From a virus (lineage: Duplodnaviria; Caudoviricetes), in IMG/VR virus record IMGVR_UViG_3300011335_000433, positions 1 through 53,208 of that record: 53,208 nucleotides of DNA; one strand, given 5' to 3'. The position numbers and the translations under genes are program-made. Shown here in pieces: positions 8,497 through 18,065 of the stretch (its first letter is position 1; each line of letters begins with the position of its first letter). A model generated the notes under the pieces. That model was not told the origin of the DNA. It did not search any database and saw only the letters and a list, made by a program, of their open reading frames with translations.

Positions 8497-8525
8497 AAAA
8501 AACCCCCCTGCCGCGAAGCAGGGGG
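8495..8525 (-). terminator. intrinsic terminator at the convergence of the two gene blocks
   Basis: Stem CCCCCTGC/GCAGGGGG followed by a long T-run on the minus strand. Confidence 0.8.
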
Positions 8526-8557
8526 AAACGGGAGGCAACTGCTTTGCCCTTCAAATC

Positions 8558-8656
8558 ATGGAAATAATTATTCTTTTGCTTTTGTGGGTTGTGGTTCAAA
8601 TTTTGGTGTCAACATCTTTTTGGACTGCATTCTGGATTTGGATATTTCGTCGCTAA
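8558..8656 (+). CDS. putative 32-aa hydrophobic peptide
   Basis: MEIIILLLLWVVVQILVSTSFWTAFWIWIFRR; AT-rich; no well-spaced RBS. Confidence 0.4.
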   Translation: MEIIILLLLWVVVQILVSTSFWTAFWIWIFRR

Positions 8657-8663
8657 AAACCAA

Positions 8664-10019
8664 TTAAGGTTTGGCGGGTTCTGAATTTAAAAATTCTTCC
8701 GCCCCAATGTATGCAGACGGCAAATTGAGAAGCATACCCAAGCCTGACAGCGGTGGATTGCCAGTCATCATCAATGTGCTACCAAGGGCACCCGCGCCAT
8801 GAGCGGCCATTTTCCCGTACTCTTTTGCTTGGAGAGCTTTGTAAGCCTCACCTGCCTGCTCAGGCGCAACTGCTCCAGCCAGCACAGGTGAAAAGCGCGG
8901 GAGGATTTTTCGGCCCATATAGCCAAGCATCTGACCAGCTTTGCCTGAACCTCCATATCTTTCCGTTTCTTTTCTCAGGCGATCATTGTCAGCCGATGAA
9001 GTTGGTGGCATACCGGGCGCAGTATGGGCATCAATTGCCTTGTTTGCATCGCGCAAAGCCTTCATGTTGCTTTCATAGGCTTTTTGTGCGCTATCCAAAT
9101 TGAATTGCATTTGGGCCTTTTGTTCAGCCAATCGCCTTTTGGCATCTTCCTCAGCGGCTACACGAGCCTTTTGTTGATTGTCTTGCTGAGACTTTTGCTC
9201 TGCGGCATATTTTTGACCTTCGGGGCCAAGCAACAAAGGGCTTTCTGCAAATTTTTGAAATGCTGGGCCCACCTGTTGTGCCCGTTCAATTGAACTGGCC
9301 ATGCCGGGTATGCTCTTTTGGACTTTGCTCATGCTAGGGGCGTCCAAACTTTCCAAAGGTGTTAGACCAAATTTCTGTGCATATTTGCTGGTAGCTTCAC
9401 CACCAATAGGTTGCCTTGACAAAACAGATTCAGGAGCACTTGGAGTTGTGCGAAATTCTGGCGGCAAAAATTCATTGATTCCCAAGTTTTGAACAAGCGT
9501 GTTGTACTTAAAAGCTTCTGCCAGTTGTCGTTGACTTTGATTGAATCTTTCTTGTGCAAGATTTCTTTGCTCCATCAAATTCTTTGATGTGGTTTCATAT
9601 TCTTGGAATGGATTGTATTTCCCTGCTTTTTCCAGTTCTTTCAAATTCTGCTGGTATCGAAGTTCATTTGTAGGACTTGCTGTTGAACCCGGTGCAATTG
9701 CCTCAAGTGCTTTGGACGTGGCAAATCCAGCAACTGCGCCTGCCCCCATGGTTTTAAGATCTTCTTTTGTTACGTTACCAAGTTTGTCCAAAAGTTTTGT
9801 TTCAGGACTTTTATCATCATCATCGCCAATCAAATCCAAAAAAGCTTGCTTAGGATCTTTTTCGGTTTGTTTTGATGCCTGAGTATCAGATTTTGAATCT
9901 GCTTGCTGATCAGATGTTGAGCTTTTGCTTGCGACACCAGCCTCATTTTTAGGCTGTTTTTTCAGCACCTCTGCATCATCATCTTCCATCAGTGCAAGGA
10001 ATGGGTTGCGATCAGTCAT
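8664..10019 (-). CDS. putative ejection / internal virion protein
   Basis: Last gene of the late operon; helical with a Gly/Ala-rich hydrophobic C-terminus; position typical of podovirus DNA-transfer proteins. Confidence 0.55.
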   Translation of the reverse strand: MTDRNPFLALMEDDDAEVLKKQPKNEAGVASKSSTSDQQADSKSDTQASKQTEKDPKQAFLDLIGDDDDKSPETKLLDKLGNVTKEDLKTMGAGAVAGFATSKALEAIAPGSTASPTNELRYQQNLKELEKAGKYNPFQEYETTSKNLMEQRNLAQERFNQSQRQLAEAFKYNTLVQNLGINEFLPPEFRTTPSAPESVLSRQPIGGEATSKYAQKFGLTPLESLDAPSMSKVQKSIPGMASSIERAQQVGPAFQKFAESPLLLGPEGQKYAAEQKSQQDNQQKARVAAEEDAKRRLAEQKAQMQFNLDSAQKAYESNMKALRDANKAIDAHTAPGMPPTSSADNDRLRKETERYGGSGKAGQMLGYMGRKILPRFSPVLAGAVAPEQAGEAYKALQAKEYGKMAAHGAGALGSTLMMTGNPPLSGLGMLLNLPSAYIGAEEFLNSEPAKP

Positions 10020-11650
10020 GGTTTTTTACCCTTTGAATCTGATTTTCTTTTTTCTTTCATAGCTTGAATTGCTTCGGAATGCAATTTATCAAATTTTTCT
10101 TGATCTTCTTTTGCTTGTTTATTTATTTCTTTAAAATATGGAGACTGAGTAATGATGTCGGTGTATGGGGTTGGGCTCATTGTTTCCAGTTGTACTGGAT
10201 ACTCTTTTACTATCTGATCATGCAAAGCTTTATTTTGCTTGAATGTTATGTAGTCTTTGGTCAAATTAAGAAGAGCCGTAGGAGCGTTTTGACGCAACGA
10301 TGCTTTGGTGCCTTCCAAGATTTGTTTATAAGCATCCTGTCCTTTGTCGGGTGTAATTCCTTGCGATGCAAGCTTGGCGTTTCCAACTACCAACATGGCG
10401 CGAACTAAACGATCCGCAACCATTTGTTGCTCTTGGTTTAAACCGGCGGATAAAAAAGCATCGACAGGCAAGTTCAAATTGGCGGTCATACCGTTGAAAT
10501 TTATTCCTGCACCAGCTTGTGCCGCTGATCCAATTTGATCAAGAAGGGTGCCTTTGCTACGCAACAAGTTAAACACCTTTTTTGCCACGTCAGGATGATC
10601 GTTTAAAAGCCCAATGGCCGCTTTATATTCGCTGTCCACTGACGTAAAGTTTGGCTCCTCAGACAACAGCCTCCATTGATTGGCGGACGCCTCAGAACGT
10701 GCCTCTCTTATTTTTGCATTTTCCCTGTATTGCTCTCTTGCGGTTTCGCGCTCTGCATCAGATTTACCAGAAAGATCAGGGTATTTGAATAATGAGGGAT
10801 AGGGCTTTAGCTTTTCATCTTTGACTGCTGGCGCAGGTCGATTAGGATTAAGCTGAGACTCCAAAGCTTCCGTAGCACGAGCACGCTCAACGGGGTCGGT
10901 AATGTTTGCAATGCCTTTGCGCACGCTATCAAGCGCACCAGGGGCACTGAGGTCAAACATGCCAACCGGCGCATTGGATGTTGCTCCGGTGGCGGCAGGT
11001 GCGGCGGCAGGCCCCTCTGCACCCGTTGGTTTCCCACCCGGCAACAACGGTTGCGCCTCCTGGCGTATAGACAACTGCCCCGGCAGGTTTGCCAAGAAGT
11101 CTTGCTCTTGCTTGGACAACGACATACCCTTAGCCTGCTTCATCTGGATGGCATCCAGCATCAGGCGTTGCTGTTTGGATGTGAAATCCAGATCTTTGCG
11201 CTGACCCTCGTAGGCGGCTTTGATGGCCTCCGCAACCGGGGTCTGTGGGTTGAGCGAAAACAGCCTTGTGAAGGTGGCCTGATCCATGGGCTTGCCGCTG
11301 GCACGCCATTTCTCATACTCATCGGCCTGTGTTTTGTTTGCACCAGTCAGGATCTTTGACTGTGCAAGCTGTGTGCGCATCTGGGCAATGGGAAGCTCCG
11401 CTTCACGGCGTCTTTCTTCCGTTTCACCCAGGGCTTGTGATGCACTACCCAGGGATGCAAGGAAACCACCCAATTGGGGTTTGGCAAAGCCTGCGGCCAC
11501 ATTGAACCAGTTGGGCTGGGCATAGCGTTGCTCAAGCGCCTTGATCTGTGCATCAAGCGACTTCTGGTACTCCTCCAGATCCGTCTGGGAAGCACCAACT
11601 GGGTTGATCTTTGCAGGGTCTGTTACCAGACTCAGGGGTGGTGTTGCCAT
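10016..11650 (-). CDS. putative ejection / internal virion protein
   Basis: 544 aa, predicted helical; position after tail genes. Confidence 0.6.
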   Translation of the reverse strand: MATPPLSLVTDPAKINPVGASQTDLEEYQKSLDAQIKALEQRYAQPNWFNVAAGFAKPQLGGFLASLGSASQALGETEERRREAELPIAQMRTQLAQSKILTGANKTQADEYEKWRASGKPMDQATFTRLFSLNPQTPVAEAIKAAYEGQRKDLDFTSKQQRLMLDAIQMKQAKGMSLSKQEQDFLANLPGQLSIRQEAQPLLPGGKPTGAEGPAAAPAATGATSNAPVGMFDLSAPGALDSVRKGIANITDPVERARATEALESQLNPNRPAPAVKDEKLKPYPSLFKYPDLSGKSDAERETAREQYRENAKIREARSEASANQWRLLSEEPNFTSVDSEYKAAIGLLNDHPDVAKKVFNLLRSKGTLLDQIGSAAQAGAGINFNGMTANLNLPVDAFLSAGLNQEQQMVADRLVRAMLVVGNAKLASQGITPDKGQDAYKQILEGTKASLRQNAPTALLNLTKDYITFKQNKALHDQIVKEYPVQLETMSPTPYTDIITQSPYFKEINKQAKEDQEKFDKLHSEAIQAMKEKRKSDSKGKKP

Positions 11651-11675
11651 GATGTTTCCTTCAAAATGTCAGCAA

Positions 11676-12818
11676 TTAGTCAAACCCCATAGGGTTTCCG
11701 TCGGGATCTAAAATGGGATTGCCCGACTGATCCACGGGATTTTCAAACTCATTTGGAAGAATGGGATTTATCATTGGCGGCAATTCAGGTGGCTCCAATT
11801 CATTATCCAAAATTGGCCTTGTCGGTAATCCGGGGCTGGGTGGTGTTGGCGTATTGAATTGACCCTTGATCTGATCAAACAGCGATGTGCCTTTGATGGG
11901 ATTTCCAGAAGAATCCAATTTCTGCGTGAACAACCCAGCGGCACCGGCACCAATCGTACCAAGCGCAGACAACGGCGACATGTTGAGCTTGGTTTCCGTG
12001 GTGGTCGGAATCTGGTAGCCCTGCATGATGTTCGACAATTGAGCCAAACGGGTCAATGGGAACAACTCTTCTTGCTGTTGGATCTGGCGCTGTTGCTCAC
12101 CCATGGTGGACAAGGCATTCACAGCACCCAAACCAAGGTTTTGCTGAGTGCCAGCCAAGGCACCCATCTGCTGACCAATTGCACCCAGGTTTTGCTGGCC
12201 CTGAGCGGCCTGTTGGCCTGCGGTAGACCCCAACTGCCCAAGCATTTGATTTTGGGCTGTAGCGGCCTGCAAAGCTTGTCCATAGCCCTGATTCATCAAT
12301 TGGGCGATCTGGCTGTTCAAGTTCTGCCGCTCATTTGCTTGCAACTGACCCAAAACCTGGGCACCACGTTGAGAGCCGTATTGGCCAGAACCCACTGCGG
12401 CGGCAGTGGCGTTGGGTGACACGTTTTGCTGGATGTTGCGCTCGGCAATGTCCGACAAGCCCTGGGCGGCAGTCCGCGCATAGGGGTTCATGAATTGGCT
12501 TGCCATCTCAGCCGGGTTGTAGCCTGCCGCTTGGCTCAGGTACTGGGCACCAGCCTCCAAGGGCGAAACGGCCCCAGCGGCTTGTCCAAGGGTCTGGCTG
12601 GCCTGGGTAAGCTGTGGCACATACGAGCTACCGGCACCGGCCACCTGTTGGAAGGCTTGCTCCTGAAGGGGCTGGGCCCCGACATACTTGGCAGTTTGGA
12701 CTGGCTGGCCCAACCCTGCGGCCTGGGAACCAGTGGTGGCCAGATTGCTCAGGTACTGGTTGTAGAAGCTTGGTGCGGTAGTCGCTTGTGTTTGACTTGA
12801 CTCGAGCAAATTTGCCAT
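11676..12818 (-). CDS. putative DNA-transfer (ejection) protein, Gln/Ala/Gly-rich
   Basis: Composition and position typical of podovirus pilot proteins. Confidence 0.65.
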   Translation of the reverse strand: MANLLESSQTQATTAPSFYNQYLSNLATTGSQAAGLGQPVQTAKYVGAQPLQEQAFQQVAGAGSSYVPQLTQASQTLGQAAGAVSPLEAGAQYLSQAAGYNPAEMASQFMNPYARTAAQGLSDIAERNIQQNVSPNATAAAVGSGQYGSQRGAQVLGQLQANERQNLNSQIAQLMNQGYGQALQAATAQNQMLGQLGSTAGQQAAQGQQNLGAIGQQMGALAGTQQNLGLGAVNALSTMGEQQRQIQQQEELFPLTRLAQLSNIMQGYQIPTTTETKLNMSPLSALGTIGAGAAGLFTQKLDSSGNPIKGTSLFDQIKGQFNTPTPPSPGLPTRPILDNELEPPELPPMINPILPNEFENPVDQSGNPILDPDGNPMGFD

Positions 12819-12820
12819 TT

Positions 12821-15424
12821 TTAACCTTTCACCATCTTGAGGTAGTCAAGAGGAGATTTCGACTTTGGGGGGATTTTAGATGTAGGAGCCGATCTTTTGT
12901 GCGCTCGGATTTCCTCTCTCATTGCATCAAGCATTTGCGCACCTTTTTTGTTGTCGCCGCCACCCAGTGCAGTCACCATGGGTTCAGGGAAGACATATTC
13001 ACCGTCAGCGATCTTGGCGGGGACGGCGTTGCCACCCTCTTTGTACTCATGGGGCACTTGCTTTTGGAAGTCAGCCAAGGTCAAGGCACCGGCTTTGCTC
13101 GAGCCGTCCCCCAACGCCGCCACGGTGTCGGCGTCCATCACATAGTCCCCATCATGGAGCATTGCTGGGATGTCATCGGACTGCCCAGTACCCCTCCCAT
13201 TGGCGTAGAACCCGGTCAAACCGGTGATGAATTCAGGGTTGTGACCCTTGGGTGCCGCCTTGGCATATTTGTCTGGCAAACCGCCTTTGGCGTGTCCGGT
13301 TAAACCGGGCCTCAATTGGGGAAGCTTGGCAGGTTCGGTAGAAGTGGCTTTGCGTGAACCCATGGACAAAAACGGGTTTTTGCTTTCAGCAAACTTGGGC
13401 AAAGACTTGTCCAATTCAGATGAAAACTGGGATAAAACACTGCTCACAGAAGATCCCTGAGAGTATTCCTGAGGGGCAATACCTCGATCAGCCAGCACGT
13501 TCATCAGTGTGGGGTCTACGTTGTCGTAAAGCTGTTTCAACGGCTGGAATGGGTTCATGACAGATGGTGCTTTTTTGGTTTCCAGCATTTGGGGCTTGGT
13601 GTCCAACCATGGAATACCGGTTTGAGTGGTTTGTTGGGTCGCAGGCAAGCCACCAGTTTGTGTGGTTGTGGTGGTTGCAGGCGTCTTGGTCGGCGGTGTA
13701 ACTGGCAATGGTGAGGTCGGCGTTTTGGTGATTGGCGTAGTGGTTATATCTCCGCCATCATCATCAGCCGGTGGCTCTAACTCATTGTCCAGAATAGGCT
13801 CTGTTGGGAGCGTGCTTGGCGGCTCAAGCTCATCATCAAGAATTGGCTCTGTTGGAAGAGTGCTCGGTGGTTCAAGCTCATTGTCCAAAATTGGCTCTGT
13901 TGGCAGAGCGCCAATTGGCTCTTGTGCTTTTTCATCCAGTCTATTTTGCTCATCAATGGCCGCTTGCCTTGCGGCGGCTTCTGCATCTAGCCTGTTTTGC
14001 TCTGCAATTGCGGCCTGTCGCGCTGATGTTTCAGCATCCAATCTATTCTGCTCTGCAATCGCCGCTTGTCGTGCAGACGCCTCAGCATCAGCTTTGTTTT
14101 GCGCATCAATTTCAGCCTGCCGCGCAGAATCCTGAGCGGCTGTAGTTTTCATGTATTGATCAAAACTTTGATTCAGTTCATCTTGGTTTTGTACATACGC
14201 AAAGTTGTTCAACTCTTCTGGTGTTGCGTCCCGACCATAAGTTGATTGAAACTTGGTGTTTGCATCCATGCTATTTTTGATGGCCTGCAAACCAGAGGTG
14301 GTGGCCGCAAGCAAAGCGGCTTTGCTTGGATCTTTACCACTCAACTCAGCACGCAAAGTGGCGTTGAAAACCTTTTGGACGCTTGGGGGAAGCTGTGAAA
14401 AACCGTCAATCTTCCCCATGATCGTGCCGACAGCGCCACCAACCCCGCCATTGACAAATGCCGCAAGCGGATCACCTCCGGTTAAACCGGCGACAACAGC
14501 ATTTCCTGCCGCACTGCCAACGATGCTGTTGGCAACAGCACCCATGTCCACGGCACTGCCCAAAGCTCCACCCACATAGTCGGCAACATACGGCGCGGCC
14601 ATGATGGTGCCAATGGTGGTTGCGGCTTTGTTCCAGTCCCCAGTGTAGGTTGCCTCGCCAGCGGCCCTGGACATTGTGTATATCGCGCCCGTGCCTGGGC
14701 CAGCAAACACATCCAACAATATGGGAGTCAGTGGGCCAAGTTCTTTCAATGCGCCTCGGGCCATATCAGCAAATGGCCCTTGGTACTTGTAGTAGGCGTA
14801 TTGACCCAATCCACCCATACGGCCATCAGCCGCAGTTATCCAATCCTGCTGAACCCGCTCACCCCCTGGGGCTAGTTTTGGCTGGGTAATGTATGAAATT
14901 GGTGACCCGACCTGCATACTTGGATGAGGATTCCCAAGGCCAAGGATGGGTGGATTGTTGGCGTCAACTTTGTACCCGTTTGCGTTCTGAAGACCAAGCT
15001 TGTTGTAGTCATCAACTGACCACACATACCCGTTATTGTTGATGACGCTTTGCATACCCTGAGGAAGGGTGTACTGCACAGCATTTTTATAAGTGGCAGG
15101 GTCAAGGAACTGCTTGTTGTAAAGCTGAATATCACCGGAAACTGTGCCCTTTTTGACATAGTCATCAGGTACAAACATGTACTCTTTGCCATCAGCACCC
15201 TTGATGTTTGCATACCTTCCATCAGTGCTGTAATAGTTCCAAGTTGGTTGACCAATGTTGGAGGTTGGCAGTTCTGAGTTGAGGTACTTGGCGCTTTCAG
15301 CCGCCTTTTGCTCTGGTGTTCTTTTGTCTGTGGATGACGCAACTGCGGGAGTTTCTGGTTGCGGCAATGATTTGCTTTGCGCCAGAGGAGCTAATTGTCC
15401 AAAAATTGCTTGTAGATTACCCAT
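12821..15424 (-). CDS. large internal virion protein with repeats and C-terminal tandem G[DE]YV domains
   Basis: 867 aa; Gly/Ala-rich hydrophobic middle; C-terminus GTGQSDDIPAMLHDGDYV...IADGEYV. Confidence 0.65.
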   Translation of the reverse strand: MGNLQAIFGQLAPLAQSKSLPQPETPAVASSTDKRTPEQKAAESAKYLNSELPTSNIGQPTWNYYSTDGRYANIKGADGKEYMFVPDDYVKKGTVSGDIQLYNKQFLDPATYKNAVQYTLPQGMQSVINNNGYVWSVDDYNKLGLQNANGYKVDANNPPILGLGNPHPSMQVGSPISYITQPKLAPGGERVQQDWITAADGRMGGLGQYAYYKYQGPFADMARGALKELGPLTPILLDVFAGPGTGAIYTMSRAAGEATYTGDWNKAATTIGTIMAAPYVADYVGGALGSAVDMGAVANSIVGSAAGNAVVAGLTGGDPLAAFVNGGVGGAVGTIMGKIDGFSQLPPSVQKVFNATLRAELSGKDPSKAALLAATTSGLQAIKNSMDANTKFQSTYGRDATPEELNNFAYVQNQDELNQSFDQYMKTTAAQDSARQAEIDAQNKADAEASARQAAIAEQNRLDAETSARQAAIAEQNRLDAEAAARQAAIDEQNRLDEKAQEPIGALPTEPILDNELEPPSTLPTEPILDDELEPPSTLPTEPILDNELEPPADDDGGDITTTPITKTPTSPLPVTPPTKTPATTTTTQTGGLPATQQTTQTGIPWLDTKPQMLETKKAPSVMNPFQPLKQLYDNVDPTLMNVLADRGIAPQEYSQGSSVSSVLSQFSSELDKSLPKFAESKNPFLSMGSRKATSTEPAKLPQLRPGLTGHAKGGLPDKYAKAAPKGHNPEFITGLTGFYANGRGTGQSDDIPAMLHDGDYVMDADTVAALGDGSSKAGALTLADFQKQVPHEYKEGGNAVPAKIADGEYVFPEPMVTALGGGDNKKGAQMLDAMREEIRAHKRSAPTSKIPPKSKSPLDYLKMVKG
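13770..13906 (-). repeat. three tandem 48-bp coding repeats (LPTEPILD[ND]ELEPP)
   Basis: Directly visible in DNA and protein. Confidence 0.9.
13933..14130 (-). repeat. four tandem 51-bp coding repeats (ARQAAIAEQNRLDAExx)
   Basis: Directly visible in the translation. Confidence 0.85.
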
Positions 15425-15813
15425 TACAGAACCACCTCTGCTCTATAAGTGCGGTACTGTCCACCATCAATCTTTTCAATTGTGTGGGGCACGCCAAGCC
15501 ACTTGTAAATGTTCATGAGCTTCAAATTATCAAAGTATGTTTCAGCTTTTTTGAAGCCTTCCTTGGACATGCAGTCCAAGAACTCGCGCAGGTTCAGCGC
15601 AAACTTTGTCCAGTGATCTGCATTTGCAGGATGCCACTCAACCACATCGTCTTTGGGGATCACGGTAAACAGTGAGTTGCCGATCTTTTTGATCTGTCCC
15701 TTGGCGTCAAAAAGCATCGTGCCAGCGTAGTAGGCATCCAGCTTGTCGTCTTCGCCCTGGTAGTTCTTTGCCAAGTCAATGGCAAGGATTTCTTTGATGG
15801 TCATCTTTTCCAT
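15424..15813 (-). CDS. hypothetical protein, possibly GNAT-like fold
   Basis: GAGG RBS before ATG 15813; lies before the ejection genes, where podoviruses often carry a GNAT-like gene. Confidence 0.6.
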   Translation of the reverse strand: MEKMTIKEILAIDLAKNYQGEDDKLDAYYAGTMLFDAKGQIKKIGNSLFTVIPKDDVVEWHPANADHWTKFALNLREFLDCMSKEGFKKAETYFDNLKLMNIYKWLGVPHTIEKIDGGQYRTYRAEVVL

Positions 15814-15814
15814 G

Positions 15815-16048
15815 TTATCCCTCAAGCACCATGATTCCACACATGGCCATGGCCCAGTCCTGCCAATCGGTGAACATGTGGTGATCGGGTATTGCTGATT
15901 GAACGAAGAATCCAATCCCGTTGATGCCATCGACCCAATCGCGCCATAGCTCCTCGGGCACACTTCCAATCTGCTGGGGTGAAAATAGCTCCTCCATCAG
16001 CTTGGAATACTGAGTCCAGGTCATTCCCCTGGGATCGTAGGTGATCAT
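15815..16048 (-). CDS. conserved hypothetical virion-module protein
   Basis: 77 aa, Trp-rich, ATGA coupling. Confidence 0.7.
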   Translation of the reverse strand: MITYDPRGMTWTQYSKLMEELFSPQQIGSVPEELWRDWVDGINGIGFFVQSAIPDHHMFTDWQDWAMAMCGIMVLEG

Positions 16049-18063
16049 GGGTTGCCCGTCCCGCGCACATCGCCGGTTTCCAATGACAACAAGATGCGAC
16101 CGGCAAAATAGTTGCCGTTTTGGGTGTTGCTTCCAAAGCGCAAACGCATCTCACGGCGCTGTTCGCGCATGTCCACCTTCAGCGTGGTGTCGTCAAAGTA
16201 GTATGGATCGGATGGCTGGTCTGTGTCGTCAGCATAGCCCTTGCCAGTGACTATGAGGTACATCTGCTGGGCCTGCACAAAGTCAGGCTCAACCCGCTCA
16301 CAGCGTGTCCACAGGTTATCCCCAGCGCCCTGGTTGGAGCCGACCAACCCGGTCATGGCACCCAGCGTGGGGGTTTCAAAGAACGAGTCAATGGCGTTCA
16401 CCGTGTTGAGGTAGATCTGGTTGGTGCCGGTTTCATGTTGCCACATGGTGTATCCACCAGTGCTGTTGGCCTCGGTACTGCCCCACACGGGGAAGCGGAA
16501 GACCTCGGAAAAGGTGCCTGCTGAACGACGAGCGCCCAAAGCCTCACCGGCGTCATACCAGCACTTCTCGCGCACGTTGTAGATGATCGCATCCGTGCAT
16601 TCAGTGGCATCCCCACGGGGGTAGAACCACCAGACCTCACCCCAGCGCGGAACCTTGGTACACCATACTTTTTGCCGCTGGTTGTAATTGACGTTTTCAA
16701 AGAACCAGTTCATGTTCTGCGTGTTTGGAACTTCCTGAACCACACCGTTGTACATCAGGAATCGATCCACACCAGCCCAATAGAAGATGCCGTCATACTC
16801 AATCACGCACTGGCTGGACATGATTGAAGACTGGCTGGTTATCAGGTCATACCGCCAGTAGAAGGTGGCCCCGCCCACGGTCGTGGGGCTGTAGGACACC
16901 CTAACCACTGAATCGGTCGTCCAAAACAACCCGGCAGGGGAGGTGGTGCCACCACGCAGTGGCAGGCCCTTGATCACCTTGCCGGTGGACACTGAGGTTT
17001 CGTTGGCGTCCGCCGCTGTCCAGTTGTTGAAGTCGCCTGCGGAACTGTTTTTGATCAGCCCGTAGTTACCATACACAAACAGGTACGGGTGCAACATCAC
17101 CACCCCACCAGATATGGACACGTTGTTGTCAAAGGTCAGGGTCACGGTCGCAGATGCGGTAGCCGCTTGGCTCAAAACCGCCGTCCAAACGCTTGAAACA
17201 AGGGACGCCGACACCACAGTAGTGCCTGCCGGTATACCCGACCCAGTCACCGCCACCCCAGGCCCAATGGCCAGAATGGTCGTTGCAAAGGTCACACTGG
17301 TCGAGGTATTGGTGGTGGTGCCCGATGCCGTAAAGATGCCCACAGGGGTCACTGAGGCACCACCAAACGTGCCAAACAGGGGTCTGGTGTTGATGGTGCT
17401 GGTGATGTCGGTCAGGTTCTGGCCGGGATGGGCGATCAATTGGTTTACACCGCCGCCAGTGGAGTCATATCCGATGTCAAACTGCCACAAGTTTTCAGAG
17501 TTTGGGCTGAAGGTTGTCAGGGCGCTCACGGTTCCGACAAACCCCGATCCGGTGCCGCCAACACTTGCGGCCAACACGGTCAAAGTGTCGGTCAGGGCAT
17601 AGTTGGCTCCAGGGCTGGTGACGACCACACTGGCGATCTTGTTCACAGCCACTGTGACGGTTGCCACGGCACCAGATCCAGTCCCGCCTTGCAGGGCCAC
17701 GCTGGTGTAGGTTCCGTTGGTATACGAAGATCCCGCATTGGTGATTGCGACCGTCAGAATGGGGCCTGCCGGGAGGATGGGGGTCGGGCCAAAACCTACT
17801 CCATCATCGTTGTCGGTTGTCCACTGCTCCAACCCAGCGCTGTAGCCTGAAACCACATAGTTCAAGCCATTTTGGGATGACATGGTCATGCCACGGGATA
17901 TGCCGGTACCGTTCAGGAACATCCCACGGTACCCGCCCATCTTCCTGGGAAGCTTGTTTTGGAAACGCACCCATGAACCGTTTACATAGGACGGAGCATT
18001 GAACTGAGTTCCATCCCTTTGGATGCCGGGAAGAACGGTTAACTGGACAACCTTTGCGGTCAT
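16045..18063 (-). CDS. tail tube / packaged-DNA stabilisation protein (P22 gp10-like)
   Basis: 672 aa, beta-rich; EVWWFYP...IIYNVREKCWY motif; position. Confidence 0.7.
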   Translation of the reverse strand: MTAKVVQLTVLPGIQRDGTQFNAPSYVNGSWVRFQNKLPRKMGGYRGMFLNGTGISRGMTMSSQNGLNYVVSGYSAGLEQWTTDNDDGVGFGPTPILPAGPILTVAITNAGSSYTNGTYTSVALQGGTGSGAVATVTVAVNKIASVVVTSPGANYALTDTLTVLAASVGGTGSGFVGTVSALTTFSPNSENLWQFDIGYDSTGGGVNQLIAHPGQNLTDITSTINTRPLFGTFGGASVTPVGIFTASGTTTNTSTSVTFATTILAIGPGVAVTGSGIPAGTTVVSASLVSSVWTAVLSQAATASATVTLTFDNNVSISGGVVMLHPYLFVYGNYGLIKNSSAGDFNNWTAADANETSVSTGKVIKGLPLRGGTTSPAGLFWTTDSVVRVSYSPTTVGGATFYWRYDLITSQSSIMSSQCVIEYDGIFYWAGVDRFLMYNGVVQEVPNTQNMNWFFENVNYNQRQKVWCTKVPRWGEVWWFYPRGDATECTDAIIYNVREKCWYDAGEALGARRSAGTFSEVFRFPVWGSTEANSTGGYTMWQHETGTNQIYLNTVNAIDSFFETPTLGAMTGLVGSNQGAGDNLWTRCERVEPDFVQAQQMYLIVTGKGYADDTDQPSDPYYFDDTTLKVDMREQRREMRLRFGSNTQNGNYFAGRILLSLETGDVRGTGNP

Positions 18064-18065
18064 TT

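Noticed and set aside
10435-10444. GGTTTAAACC as another palindrome copy
   Set aside because: Spacing differs by one base (10-mer); not counted, nor were one-mismatch variants such as 51470
13770-14130. CRISPR-like array
   Set aside because: Repeats are in-frame, degenerate at third positions and have no unique spacers
12821-15424. Tape measure protein (siphovirus/myovirus tail)
   Set aside because: Only the C-terminal motif resembles one; no major tail tube, sheath or baseplate genes were recognised, and the context is podovirus-like
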